Assembly: GCA_020632515.1 (NCBI GenBank)
Contig: JACKFK010000011.1
Location: forward strand, 1,284 to 65,283
DNA from: Candidatus Omnitrophota bacterium
GTDB lineage: Bacteria; Omnitrophota; Gorgyraeia; Zapsychrales; Zapsychraceae
Length of the DNA: 64,000 nt
Reading direction: 5' to 3'
The notes below the pieces were generated by a model. That model ran no database searches. It was given only the letters and a program-made list of their open reading frames with translations, and was not told where the DNA came from. Numbering within the stretch: the stretch's first letter is position 1; the number at the start of each line of letters is the position of its first letter. The translations under genes were made by a program, and so were the position numbers. Of this stretch, positions 27,274 to 36,383 are shown one piece after another.

Positions 27274-28693
27274 AAAAGCGAATGTTTATGTTTTTGTGAT
27301 TATTTTGATCGCGGTTGCGGTGTTTCTGGTAGCGGGGTTACTGATGAGTATTCAGGAACGCAAAAGCGAAGCTAAAGACCGCTATGTTCGTCTTGTCGAG
27401 GTGACTGAGGATGATACTGATCCAAAATTGTGGGGTACCAATTGGCCTAAACAGTATGAATCATATCTATTAACGTCTTTATCAACAAAAACACGTTTCG
27501 GTGGGCATGGCGGGAGTGAAGCTTTGCCGGAAGAAAAAATTGAGCGGGATCCGTGGTTGAAACGGATGTTTCTTGGTTACGCGTTTTCTATTGATTATCG
27601 CGACCGAAGAGGTCACGCGTATATGTTGCAAGATCAGGAAGAAACTCAACGTCAGACAAAACCGCAGTCTGGTTCATGTTTGCATTGTCACGCGTCGGTC
27701 ATGCCGTTATACCGTAAATTAGGTGATGGCGATGCAATGGCTGGATTTAAGGAAACTCATAAGATTCCTTATAAGGAATTGAATGCTATGTTGCATGAAA
27801 TGGAAGGCGGAGCTCATCCGGTTTCTTGTGTGGATTGTCATGATCCAAATACGATGCAATTGCGTGTCACACGGCCTGGTTTTATTAACGGGATTCAGGC
27901 TTTAGCGAAGTCTAACGTGTCGTTGCCGCAAATGCCGTCGATTGAACGTTGGCGTGAATCAAAGCAGGAAGGAAAATATGATCCGAACACGATGGCCTCA
28001 CGTACAGAAATGCGTTCATTTGTCTGCGCGCAGTGTCATGTGGAATACTATTGCAGTAGTGCGTTTCCTTTAACGTTTCCGTGGGGTGAAGGGTTAAAGG
28101 TCGAGGAGCAGGAACGTTTTTGGAATAATACCAAGCTGCCTGATGGTAAAAGATTTTTCGATTACAAACATGCTGAAAGCGGAGCGGAGATTTTAAAAGC
28201 GCAGCATCCAGAGTTTGAGCTTTGGTCGCAGGGGATTCATGCGCGATCTGGTGTCGCATGCGCGGATTGTCATATGCCTTATCAGCGTGACGGCGCAACA
28301 AAAGTTTCCGATCATTGGGTGCGCAGCCCGCTTCTAAATGTTAATCGCGCGTGTCAAACCTGCCATCATATCGAGGAGAAAGAAATTTTAGCAAGGGTAG
28401 ATGCGATTCAGGATCGGAATTATCAATTGTTACAGCGGGGAGGTCAGGCTATTACCGATCTATTGGATGCGGTGAAAGCGGCCAAAGAACAAGGCGCTTC
28501 ACCAGAACAGTTAAATGACGCGCTTGAGTTGCAGCGAAAAGCGCAATGGCGGTTGGATTTTATTGCAGCGGAGAATTCTATGGGTTTTCACGCACCGCAA
28601 GAAGCTGCGCGGATTTTAGGCGAAGCGATTGATTATGCCCGGCAAGGACAAATCGCAGCGCAGAGTATTTTTAGTTCTAAGTCAGAGAAATAA
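27260..28693 (+). CDS. nrfA: NrfA, pentaheme cytochrome c nitrite reductase
   Basis: Five heme motifs (CLHCH, CVDCH, CAQCH, CADCH, CQTCH), including the NrfA-typical CAQCHVEYY. The first site is CXXCH rather than CXXCK. Confidence 0.85.
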   Translation: MRLNKKANVYVFVIILIAVAVFLVAGLLMSIQERKSEAKDRYVRLVEVTEDDTDPKLWGTNWPKQYESYLLTSLSTKTRFGGHGGSEALPEEKIERDPWLKRMFLGYAFSIDYRDRRGHAYMLQDQEETQRQTKPQSGSCLHCHASVMPLYRKLGDGDAMAGFKETHKIPYKELNAMLHEMEGGAHPVSCVDCHDPNTMQLRVTRPGFINGIQALAKSNVSLPQMPSIERWRESKQEGKYDPNTMASRTEMRSFVCAQCHVEYYCSSAFPLTFPWGEGLKVEEQERFWNNTKLPDGKRFFDYKHAESGAEILKAQHPEFELWSQGIHARSGVACADCHMPYQRDGATKVSDHWVRSPLLNVNRACQTCHHIEEKEILARVDAIQDRNYQLLQRGGQAITDLLDAVKAAKEQGASPEQLNDALELQRKAQWRLDFIAAENSMGFHAPQEAARILGEAIDYARQGQIAAQSIFSSKSEK

Positions 28694-28720
28694 TTAAGAA
28701 GATAGTGTTAGAAAAAGTAA

Positions 28721-28758
28721 GGGGATGGTTTCAAAACGGAACCATCCCCTTTTGTTTG
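28721..28758 (+). terminator. Rho-independent terminator after nrfA
   Basis: GGGGATGGTT-loop-AACCATCCCC followed by TTTTGTTTG. Confidence 0.8.
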
Positions 28759-28881
28759 ACAACTTGCTTCCATGAATTATAATAAATCGTTTATTATAGA
28801 AGCTATTCTAAGGGTTTTATTACAAATTTAAGATATAAAAATAAGTATAAATGCATTCGAAATCTCCCTTTTAAAGGTTTT

Positions 28882-29544
28882 ATGGCAAAGCAAAATAAAG
28901 TGAAAGAGGTTGTACGTAACTTACGTCGTGCGTTGAATTATTCTGGATTGAACGAAGATAAAGCTTCTTTGGATCCGTTTGAACAATTTGAGGCTTGGAT
29001 GAAAGACGCGGTGGAGAAAGAATCGTTTGAGCCTAATGCCATGACTTTAGCCACTGCTTCAAAAAAAGGCATCCCGACGGCGCGTACAGTTTTATTGAAA
29101 GATTATGGACCGGAGGGGTTTGTGTTTTTCACGAACTTTAACAGTCGTAAAGGTAAAAATCTGACAGAAAATTCTCAGGCGAGTTTAGTTTTTTATTGGG
29201 GAATTTTAAGTCGACAGGTTTTAATTGATGGTGAAGTAATAAAAACAAACCGTGAGGGATCGGTTGAATATTTTCATTCCCGGCCGCGTAAAAGCCAAAT
29301 TGCAGCTTATATTTCCAGCCAAAGTGAAGTGGTGGCCAGCCGTCAACAGCTTGAAACGCAAATGAAAGCGGCTGAGGCGCAGTTTAAGGGAAAGGATATT
29401 CCTTGTCCGGAGCATTGGGGTGGCTTTTGTTTAGTTCCGCGAAGGATTGAATTCTGGCAAGGCCGGCCTGATCGCTTGCATGATCGCTTATGTTACACTA
29501 AAGTGGATGCGCAGAATTGGAAGCGGGAACGTCTTGCGCCGTGA
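28882..29544 (+). CDS. pdxH: Pyridoxamine 5'-phosphate oxidase
   Basis: MTLATASKKGIPTARTVLLKDY...FFTNFNSRKG...RIEFWQGRPDRLHDR is the canonical PdxH pattern. Confidence 0.85.
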   Translation: MAKQNKVKEVVRNLRRALNYSGLNEDKASLDPFEQFEAWMKDAVEKESFEPNAMTLATASKKGIPTARTVLLKDYGPEGFVFFTNFNSRKGKNLTENSQASLVFYWGILSRQVLIDGEVIKTNREGSVEYFHSRPRKSQIAAYISSQSEVVASRQQLETQMKAAEAQFKGKDIPCPEHWGGFCLVPRRIEFWQGRPDRLHDRLCYTKVDAQNWKRERLAP

Positions 29545-29596
29545 AGAAATAATGGATTAAAAGATTAACATTTAATTTAGTTTGGAAAGGGTCTCA

Positions 29597-31486
29597 ATGG
29601 CAAATCAAAATATTATTTCCTGGGAGGATATGAATTTATCGGAGGAGCTAAGAAAGGTTTTATCTTCTGCTAAGAAAGTTCATGTCCCTAAAAATAAAGA
29701 TGAACTAGTTGAATTATCTATGGGCAGCAACGGAGCGGAGACATTTGAAGTTGCCTATGATATTGACGGTAAGCAACGGATTATTGAAGCTCATGTGAAT
29801 CGCTGCCGTAACGGGGTATCTGTTAACTATACCGAAAGTTATATGCGTCGGCGAGATCCTAACAGTATGGTGATTGCTGATGATAAACCCACGGATAAGC
29901 CAAAATATGCAAAACGTTTTCAGAAACCTTTTATTGATTTACGTAAAGAAATATTTGACTGGCTGGGCAAACAGGAATTAGTTGTTCTTCCTTTTTATGC
30001 AGGTAGTCAAGATTTGAATTATTCTGCGTTGTTGGTCGGGCCGGCGAACGCGTCTTTCTTTGCCGCGGCCTTGGCGGAACTGCAGGGTATGGTTTTTCCT
30101 GATCAATTTAAAAAAGGTTTTTCACCAAAAGCGATAATTTATTTAGCCCCGACATTTCGTCATACGCATTGCGATGGGAAGCAGGTGGTAGTTCATAATC
30201 GCGCGGATGATTGTCATGAGATTTTTTCGTTAAATCTTTATCCAGGCCCGAGTGCGAAAAAAGGGATTTACGGGGTTCTGTTGGATTTTGGCGAGAAAGA
30301 AGGGTGGGTTACGGCGCATGGTTCAGCTGTGCTTGTTACAACGCCGTATGACAATGAGTTTGTCATTATGCATGAAGGAGCAAGCGGTGGTGGAAAGAGT
30401 GAGATGCTGCAGTATCCTCATCGTGAACCCGACGGGCGTTTGTTAATTGGCGAAAATATTCTGACCAAAAAAAGCCGATATATTCCACTTTTTCAAGGGT
30501 GTGCATTAAATCCGATTACAGACGATATGGCATTATGTCATAATGGCATTCAAAATGACAGCGGACGACTAGTAATTAAAGATGCAGAAAAAGGATGGTT
30601 CGTTCGTGTAAATCATATTGATCATTATGGGATTGATCGTTATTTAGAGGAGTTATGCACAAATCCACCGGAACCATTAGTGTTTTTGAATCTTTATTCG
30701 GTGGCTAAGGCTACTTGTCTGATTTGGGAGCATACGGAAGATAGTCCTGGTGAACCGTGCCCGAATCCTCGTGTTATTCTTCCTCGGAATATTGTTCCAG
30801 GGATTGTGAGTGATCCTGTGGAAGTTAATGTGCGAAGTTTTGGTGTGAGAACTCCTCCATGTACGAAAGAAGCTCCAACCTATGGGATTATCGGAATGCT
30901 GCATATTTTACCGCCGGCGCTGGCCTGGTTGTGGCGATTGGTTTCGCCCCGAGGTCATGCTAATCCAAGCATTACTGAAACAACAGGAATGTCTAGTGAA
31001 GGTGTTGGATCATATTGGCCGTTTGCCACGGGCCGTCGGGTGGATCAGGCAAATTTACTGTTGCGGCAAATTTTAAAAACGCCACGTACAAGGTTTACTT
31101 TGTCACCGAATCAATATATTGGTTCTTGGAAAGTTGGGTTTATGCCACAGTGGGTGGCTCGCGAATATTTATCCAGACGAGGAAGCGCGAAATTTAAATC
31201 CAGTCAGATTGAGCCTGCACGTTGTCCATTGCTGGGATACGCTATTCATTCTATGCAGATTGAAGGGTTCTTTATCAATAAAGAGTTTTTGCAAGTTGAA
31301 TCTCAGCCGGAAGTTGGCGAGGAGGCGTACGATAAAGGCGCAAAAATCTTAGCAGATTTCTTTAAAAAAGAATTGGAACAATATCTTAAAGAAAAAGATT
31401 TAGATCCTGCCGGACGTGAAATTATCGAATGCTGTATGCGTGACGGCAGTTTAGACGACTATCAAAATTTGATTAAAGAAGATTGA
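29597..31486 (+). CDS. Large P-loop protein of unknown function (HprK/PEPCK-like Walker motif; resembles the DUF4914 family)
   Basis: 630 aa. HEGASGGGKSEML resembles the G-x-S-G-x-G-K-S-E loop of HPr kinase/PEPCK-fold enzymes. I cannot place anything else. Confidence 0.4.
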   Translation: MANQNIISWEDMNLSEELRKVLSSAKKVHVPKNKDELVELSMGSNGAETFEVAYDIDGKQRIIEAHVNRCRNGVSVNYTESYMRRRDPNSMVIADDKPTDKPKYAKRFQKPFIDLRKEIFDWLGKQELVVLPFYAGSQDLNYSALLVGPANASFFAAALAELQGMVFPDQFKKGFSPKAIIYLAPTFRHTHCDGKQVVVHNRADDCHEIFSLNLYPGPSAKKGIYGVLLDFGEKEGWVTAHGSAVLVTTPYDNEFVIMHEGASGGGKSEMLQYPHREPDGRLLIGENILTKKSRYIPLFQGCALNPITDDMALCHNGIQNDSGRLVIKDAEKGWFVRVNHIDHYGIDRYLEELCTNPPEPLVFLNLYSVAKATCLIWEHTEDSPGEPCPNPRVILPRNIVPGIVSDPVEVNVRSFGVRTPPCTKEAPTYGIIGMLHILPPALAWLWRLVSPRGHANPSITETTGMSSEGVGSYWPFATGRRVDQANLLLRQILKTPRTRFTLSPNQYIGSWKVGFMPQWVAREYLSRRGSAKFKSSQIEPARCPLLGYAIHSMQIEGFFINKEFLQVESQPEVGEEAYDKGAKILADFFKKELEQYLKEKDLDPAGREIIECCMRDGSLDDYQNLIKED

Positions 31487-31507
31487 GAAAATCAATAGGA
31501 GAAAATC

Positions 31508-32101
31508 ATGAAAAGAATGAATTTATTTTTAATTGTGATTCTTTTTGGAAGTTTGACATTTCAGGTATCTTTAGTTCAGGCTGATGATGTGTTGGATGCG
31601 GCGGAAGAAGCAATTAAATTATATAAAGAAGGAAAATATTCAGAAGCGGCTGGAAATTTTGAATATGCCGGACAGCTTGCCCGACAGAAACGCAGCGGAC
31701 AGCTTTCTGATTATTTACCAGCCGCGCTTGATGGATGGGAAGCTGAAGAGGTGGAAACACAGGCTGTGGCTGCAGGAATGTTTGGTGTTACGTCAGCGGA
31801 ACGGACTTATACAAAAGGCGATTCTTCGATAACAGTGAGTATTATGGCGGATTCTCCGATGATTCAAGGAATGATTATGATGTTACAAAATCCAATGATT
31901 GCAGCTTCTCAAGGAGGAGAGTTAATCAAAGTAGACGGCCGAAAAGCGCTATTGCAATATGATGCGGCGAACAAAAGTGGACAGGTTCAGCTGGTGGCTG
32001 CGAATCAATATTTTATTCAAGTGGAGGGTTCTCAGGCTGAGAAAGAGGATGTTTTAAAGTATGCCGTTGGTGTTAATTATGGCGGTTTAGAAGAAAAATG
32101 A
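31508..32101 (+). CDS. Secreted hypothetical protein
   Basis: Signal peptide MKRMNLFLIVILFGSLTFQVSLVQA and a GGAG RBS. No recognisable motif. Confidence 0.55.
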   Translation: MKRMNLFLIVILFGSLTFQVSLVQADDVLDAAEEAIKLYKEGKYSEAAGNFEYAGQLARQKRSGQLSDYLPAALDGWEAEEVETQAVAAGMFGVTSAERTYTKGDSSITVSIMADSPMIQGMIMMLQNPMIAASQGGELIKVDGRKALLQYDAANKSGQVQLVAANQYFIQVEGSQAEKEDVLKYAVGVNYGGLEEK

Positions 32102-32114
32102 AATAGGAGATTTC

Positions 32115-32687
32115 GTGGATAAGAATCGGATGGAGGCTTTCAGCGATGGGGTGATTGCAATTATTATCACCATCATGGTGTTAGAGATGAAGGCTCCGCA
32201 CGGCACCAGCTGGAAATCGTTGGAGCCTGTTTTTCCGGCTTTTTTAAGTTATATTCTCAGTTTTACTTATTTGGCTATTTATTGGAATAATCACCATCAT
32301 CTTTTAAAAGCAGTGAAAGAAGTTGACGGACGCGTATTATGGGCGAATCTTCATTTACTGTTTTGGCTTTCCTTAATTCCGTTTGCCAGCGCCTGGATGG
32401 GTGAAAATCACTTTGCGCAAATTCCGGTTATTCTTTATGGAATCGATTTATTGTGCGCAGCAGTAAGCTATCAATTGCTTGTTCAAGCGCTATTGGCTCG
32501 GCATGGACGTGAATCTCTTTTAGCTAAAGCGATTGGGAAGGATGTTAAGGGAAAGATTTCAATTGTAATTTATATTTTGGCAATCGGAGTATCTTTTCTT
32601 CATCCGCTATGGGCGTGTTTTTTATATGCGTTAGTTGCGGTGATGTGGATTGTTCCGGATCAAAGAATCGAACGGGTTTTGAAGTAA
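32115..32687 (+). CDS. TMEM175/DUF1211-family potassium channel-like membrane protein
   Basis: RMEAFSDGVIAIIITIMVLE is the family signature (R.eaFSDGV.AI..T). Six TM spans. GTG start. Confidence 0.75.
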   Translation: MDKNRMEAFSDGVIAIIITIMVLEMKAPHGTSWKSLEPVFPAFLSYILSFTYLAIYWNNHHHLLKAVKEVDGRVLWANLHLLFWLSLIPFASAWMGENHFAQIPVILYGIDLLCAAVSYQLLVQALLARHGRESLLAKAIGKDVKGKISIVIYILAIGVSFLHPLWACFLYALVAVMWIVPDQRIERVLK

Positions 32688-32744
32688 ATTATATTTGAGG
32701 TAATAATTAGTAAAAATTAATTTTTACTTTCTTTGATTTTAAAA

Positions 32745-32777
32745 GAGATTGACAATCATTATTCGATTGGATAATAT
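32745..32777 (+). promoter_or_regulatory. Sigma70-type promoter overlapped by a Fur-box-like sequence
   Basis: TTGACA (32749-32754), a 17-nt spacer, then TAATAT (32772-32777). GAGATTGACAATCATTATT (32745-32763) matches 15 of 19 positions of the Fur consensus GATAATGATAATCATTATC. Confidence 0.55.
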
Positions 32778-32783
32778 TTAGAA

Positions 32784-32960
32784 AAATTTAAAAGGACTGA
32801 TGTTTTCCTTGATCTCTCCAGAATTTCTCAGATTTATGTGAGGGGCAAAGCCGGGTAATGTGTCATTACAGGCTTTAAGGAAAAATAATAATAATGCATG
32901 TGTGTCAAATGGGCTCTTCTGTGGAAGAGTTTTCTTATTGAGCATACATGCGTTTTTTTG
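32784..32960 (+). ncRNA. Candidate Fur-controlled small RNA or terminated leader (about 175 nt)
   Basis: Lies downstream of the promoter above. Hairpin GCCGGGTAATG-TGT-CATTACAGGC. Terminal structure GCATGTGTG(32896-32904)...CTCTTC-TGTG-GAAGAG...CATACATGC(32943-32951) followed by GTTTTTTT. Only ORFs without recognisable motifs or an RBS lie inside. Confidence 0.45.
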
Positions 32961-32971
32961 TAGAGGTATAA

Positions 32972-33592
32972 ATGCTTATAGAAATTTATCGATATATGCA
33001 AGTAATATGGTCGGGGAGGAATTGTCAGAAAAACCAATTGATAAAAATTTGGCGTTTAGCAGGTGTTTATTTTAAACTAGATAATCATATAAAAAGATTC
33101 CGACGGAAGACTAATATCAATTGTTTGAAAGGTTGTGGAAAGTGCTGTGAACGTGTGTATGTGGAGACCGCTCCTTTGGAAATGATTCCTTTGGCAGCCA
33201 TTATTCTAAAAAGGGCTAAAAGCGGATTGTGGATTCGTAAGTTGATGAATGTCTCTGTTGAAGGCCGATGTATGTTTTATCGTAAATTGAAAGACGTTCC
33301 AGGTAAAGGTCGTTGTCTAATTTATCCTTTGCGACCGCTCACATGTCGGCTTTTTGGGTTTGCCGCGAAGAAAAATAAGAATGGACAAAAGCAGTGGGTG
33401 ACTTGTTCATTGTTAAAAATGTTAGCGGGTTCCAATCAAGTAGAGATTACAGTAGAAATTAATAAAGGATTGTCAATCCCCGTAGCTGGTTCTTATCGTT
33501 GGTTAGTGCATGACATAGGTTCTTCTGCAGAAAGTCGTTTATTGCCGCTTCCCTTTGCTTTATATGAGGCGATGGCGATTCTTTCCCGATAA
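32972..33592 (+). CDS. YkgJ-family (CxxCxxCC) cysteine-cluster protein
   Basis: The C-LKG-C-GK-C-C motif followed by further Cys residues (RCMFY, RCLIYPLRPLTCRLFG) is typical of UPF0153/YkgJ. The exact start is uncertain. Confidence 0.6.
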   Translation: MLIEIYRYMQVIWSGRNCQKNQLIKIWRLAGVYFKLDNHIKRFRRKTNINCLKGCGKCCERVYVETAPLEMIPLAAIILKRAKSGLWIRKLMNVSVEGRCMFYRKLKDVPGKGRCLIYPLRPLTCRLFGFAAKKNKNGQKQWVTCSLLKMLAGSNQVEITVEINKGLSIPVAGSYRWLVHDIGSSAESRLLPLPFALYEAMAILSR

Positions 33593-33687
33593 AAGGTGCT
33601 ATTTTGTTATACGGATGCTATTCATAATGAAATATCACTTTTTTTTTATTGTCACTGGTTGTAAAATAAAACAAAAAGGAGATAAAT

Positions 33688-34194
33688 ATGCTAACGAAAA
33701 AAATTGAAAAAGCGTTAAATGATCAAATTGTATTAGAAGCTTATGCGTCCAATTCTTATTTAGCTATGGCCAGCTGGTGTGAAGGTAAAGGTTTGCGAGG
33801 GGCGACAAAATTCTACTACGCGCAATCCGACGAGGAAAGGGTTCATATGTTGAAACTCGTTAAATATGTGAATGCATCCGGTGGAAGCGCGAATATTACA
33901 GCGGTCAAGTCTCCGGAAAGCAGTTATAAAACCCTGCAGGAAACATTTGAGGCGGCGTTAAAACAAGAAAAAGCTGTAAGTCAGTCGATTAATCAATTAG
34001 TGGAACTAACTTTTAATGATAAAGATTATACAACGCATAATTTTCTGCAATGGTATGTTCAGGAACAGCATGAAGAAGAAGCTTTATTTCGATCAATCTT
34101 AGACTTGTTTGCCTTGGCCGATAAAGACGGAAAAAGTCTGATTATTATTGATAATGAAATTATGAAAATTCGGAATGAAGTTGAAGCTGGGTGA
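33688..34194 (+). CDS. ftn: Non-heme ferritin
   Basis: LNDQIVLEAYASNSYLAMASWC...AQSDEERVHMLKLVKYV...QWYVQEQHEEE carries the ferroxidase-centre residues (E, E-x-x-H, E, Q/E). Confidence 0.85.
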   Translation: MLTKKIEKALNDQIVLEAYASNSYLAMASWCEGKGLRGATKFYYAQSDEERVHMLKLVKYVNASGGSANITAVKSPESSYKTLQETFEAALKQEKAVSQSINQLVELTFNDKDYTTHNFLQWYVQEQHEEEALFRSILDLFALADKDGKSLIIIDNEIMKIRNEVEAG

Positions 34195-34204
34195 ATAATT
34201 TGTA

Positions 34205-35032
34205 ATGAATAATCCATTTTTCAGCGTTATTATTCCAACTTATAATCGACGAAATTTCTTGAAAAAGGCGGTTGATTCTGTTTTAGCGCAAACGTCTCGC
34301 AATTTTGAATTGATTGTTGTGGATGATGGTTCAACCGATGGAACGGATCAGCTTATTCGTACATATCAAGATTCGCGTATTCTTTATTTACATCAGGAGA
34401 ATAAAGGTGTGGCAGCGGCTCGTAATTATGGTTTGGCTAAGGCGCAAGCCCAATGGATTGCCTTTTTAGATTCCGATGACTGGTGGTTGCCGCGGAAATT
34501 AGAAACCGGGAAAAAGTTTATTCAAAGAAATTCAAAAATTGAAATTCTTCATACGCAGGAAAAATGGCTTCGCGCTGGAATTCGTGCACAGCAGAAAGCA
34601 AAACATCGAAATCCTTGCGGTTATGTTTACGCGAAAGTGATTAAAGTTTGTTGTGTTTCAATATCGACGGCAATTATTAATAAGAGTGTTTTTGACGCGA
34701 TCGGCGCTTTTGATGAATCTTTCCCAGCCTGCGAAGATTATGATTTTTGGTTAAGGGCAGCGTATCAATATGAAATCCATTTGATACCGGAATATTTGAC
34801 AGTCAAAGAAGGAGGTCGAGAAGATCAGTTGTCTGCTCAATGGGGATTAGATAAATTTCGGGCTCAAGCGCTACGTAAAATTTTATTGTCGGGTAAACTT
34901 GATCAGGCGGCATATGATCTTACATTTCAGGAATTAGAGAAAAAAGTGAAGATTTATGCGCATGGGGCTGAGAAGAGAGGTCGGATTGAAGAGGCGGCGA
35001 GTTGGCGGGAAATGTTAGAGGTGTCCGGATGA
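34205..35032 (+). CDS. Family 2 glycosyltransferase
   Basis: FSVIIPTYNRRNFLKKAVDSVLAQT, VVDDGSTD, and a DSDD (DxD) motif. Confidence 0.8.
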   Translation: MNNPFFSVIIPTYNRRNFLKKAVDSVLAQTSRNFELIVVDDGSTDGTDQLIRTYQDSRILYLHQENKGVAAARNYGLAKAQAQWIAFLDSDDWWLPRKLETGKKFIQRNSKIEILHTQEKWLRAGIRAQQKAKHRNPCGYVYAKVIKVCCVSISTAIINKSVFDAIGAFDESFPACEDYDFWLRAAYQYEIHLIPEYLTVKEGGREDQLSAQWGLDKFRAQALRKILLSGKLDQAAYDLTFQELEKKVKIYAHGAEKRGRIEEAASWREMLEVSG

Positions 35033-36213
35033 AAATTAATAAAAATATTTTTCCTAAAAGTATTTTCTTTTATTTTTTCTTAATGCTTCTTTTCAGTATG
35101 TGTTTTATTTTTTTTGCCGGACAATTGAAACTGGCCGCGGAAAAACACTTTTGGCTAGATGAAGAATATGGGATGAGAACCTCGATGAAGGATCATTCTT
35201 ATTTTGATATTTTACTTCATGGCGCGAAAGGTCAGGGCAGTCCGGCTCCATTGGATTATCTGGTTGGTAAATTGTTTATTGATGTGAAGCAGGCGTTTAA
35301 TATTCACCTTCAAGATGAAGTTTATTTTCGGTTGTGGCCGATTAGTGTGACGGTTTTGAATGTATTCTTTATTGCTATTTTATTTTTAAAGAATATTGCA
35401 GACAAGTCGTTATCTTTGCCTGTAGAAGCTTTATTGATGGCGATGGTGGTGATGGCGGGATACGCGTATTTATTCAGCCGCATGGTTTATTATTATGCGA
35501 TAGAAACGCGTCCTTACGCGTTATGGAACGCGTTATGGATGCTATCTTTAGGTATAAGCTTATTGAATCGAAAAACTAATCGTTTATTAGTGACAATTTT
35601 AGTATTGTTAGCGTTGTCTGCCACAGCATCCCTTTTTCAATTGGGGATGATGGCGGTGGCATTTTTTTTCTTAGAATGGAAGAGACAGTCTTCGTTATCG
35701 AAAGGAATTTTTTCAACAGTTAGGGTTTTTATTCTTCCTTTACTTGTATCCTTTTATTATTGCTTGCAAGCGGGAGAGTGGAGTGTGCGCGGGGCTGGCG
35801 GAACCTTTGATGGATTTATGGATTTTTGGATGAATAAAGCTGTGTTGATTCCGCTGATGGGATCTGCTTTGGTAATGTGTTTTGTTCGATTAGAAAATCG
35901 ACAATATGCATTGGCACCGCTTAGTGCTTTATTATTATTTTTAATTGGCCCAATGATTTTTTATATCACAAAATTAAAAGGTTTTTTCTATGTTGAGCGG
36001 CAGTTTATTTATTATGAAATGACCAATGCTGTATTTTTGTTGACGATTGTGCAGTGTTTGCCTGCTTTACTGAAGAATTTAAAATTAGGAAAAGTGATGT
36101 ACAGCATATTAGCGATTATTTTTATTATTTCTTTCAATCTTACTTTTCGATCAAAATTGAATAATAAATTTATTCAATCCATAGCGAAAACATACGAAAT
36201 TATAAAAAATTAA
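35029..36213 (+). CDS. Polytopic membrane protein, possible GT-C-type glycosyltransferase
   Basis: ATGA overlap with the GT2 stop. About 11 hydrophobic spans. I cannot name a motif. Confidence 0.35.
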   Translation: MKINKNIFPKSIFFYFFLMLLFSMCFIFFAGQLKLAAEKHFWLDEEYGMRTSMKDHSYFDILLHGAKGQGSPAPLDYLVGKLFIDVKQAFNIHLQDEVYFRLWPISVTVLNVFFIAILFLKNIADKSLSLPVEALLMAMVVMAGYAYLFSRMVYYYAIETRPYALWNALWMLSLGISLLNRKTNRLLVTILVLLALSATASLFQLGMMAVAFFFLEWKRQSSLSKGIFSTVRVFILPLLVSFYYCLQAGEWSVRGAGGTFDGFMDFWMNKAVLIPLMGSALVMCFVRLENRQYALAPLSALLLFLIGPMIFYITKLKGFFYVERQFIYYEMTNAVFLLTIVQCLPALLKNLKLGKVMYSILAIIFIISFNLTFRSKLNNKFIQSIAKTYEIIKN

Positions 36214-36383
36214 TAAGAATTGGATTTCTTGTCGTCGGGAAATATTATGTGTGTACTAACCTGTGTGTAGATATAAAATATTTCTATAAAGTGTTGCTAT
36301 TGAATGATTTCGCTTTACAATAAATATAATTATAAAAATTGATAGAAATTTTTAAATAAATCTAAATTTAAAAAGGGGGCAAA

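Noticed and set aside
32709-32728. AGTAAAAATT/AATTTTTACT palindrome after the TMEM175-like gene, as a possible terminator
   Set aside because: The stem is all A/T with essentially no loop. It is too weak to call confidently, although it is followed by T-rich sequence.
32845-32880. GGGGCAAAGCCGGG string resembling half of a c-di-GMP-I aptamer
   Set aside because: Only one conserved block is present. There is no GGCAAAC/GAAA tetraloop hairpin or GGTAGG-type 3' block, so it is insufficient to call a second riboswitch.
32834-33075. ORFs 32834-33037 (-) and 32860-33075 (+) in the Fur-box/sRNA region
   Set aside because: They have no RBS and implausible sequences, and they overlap the predicted hairpins and terminator. 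I treat the region as non-coding. A frameshifted N-terminus of the ykgJ-like gene cannot be fully excluded.
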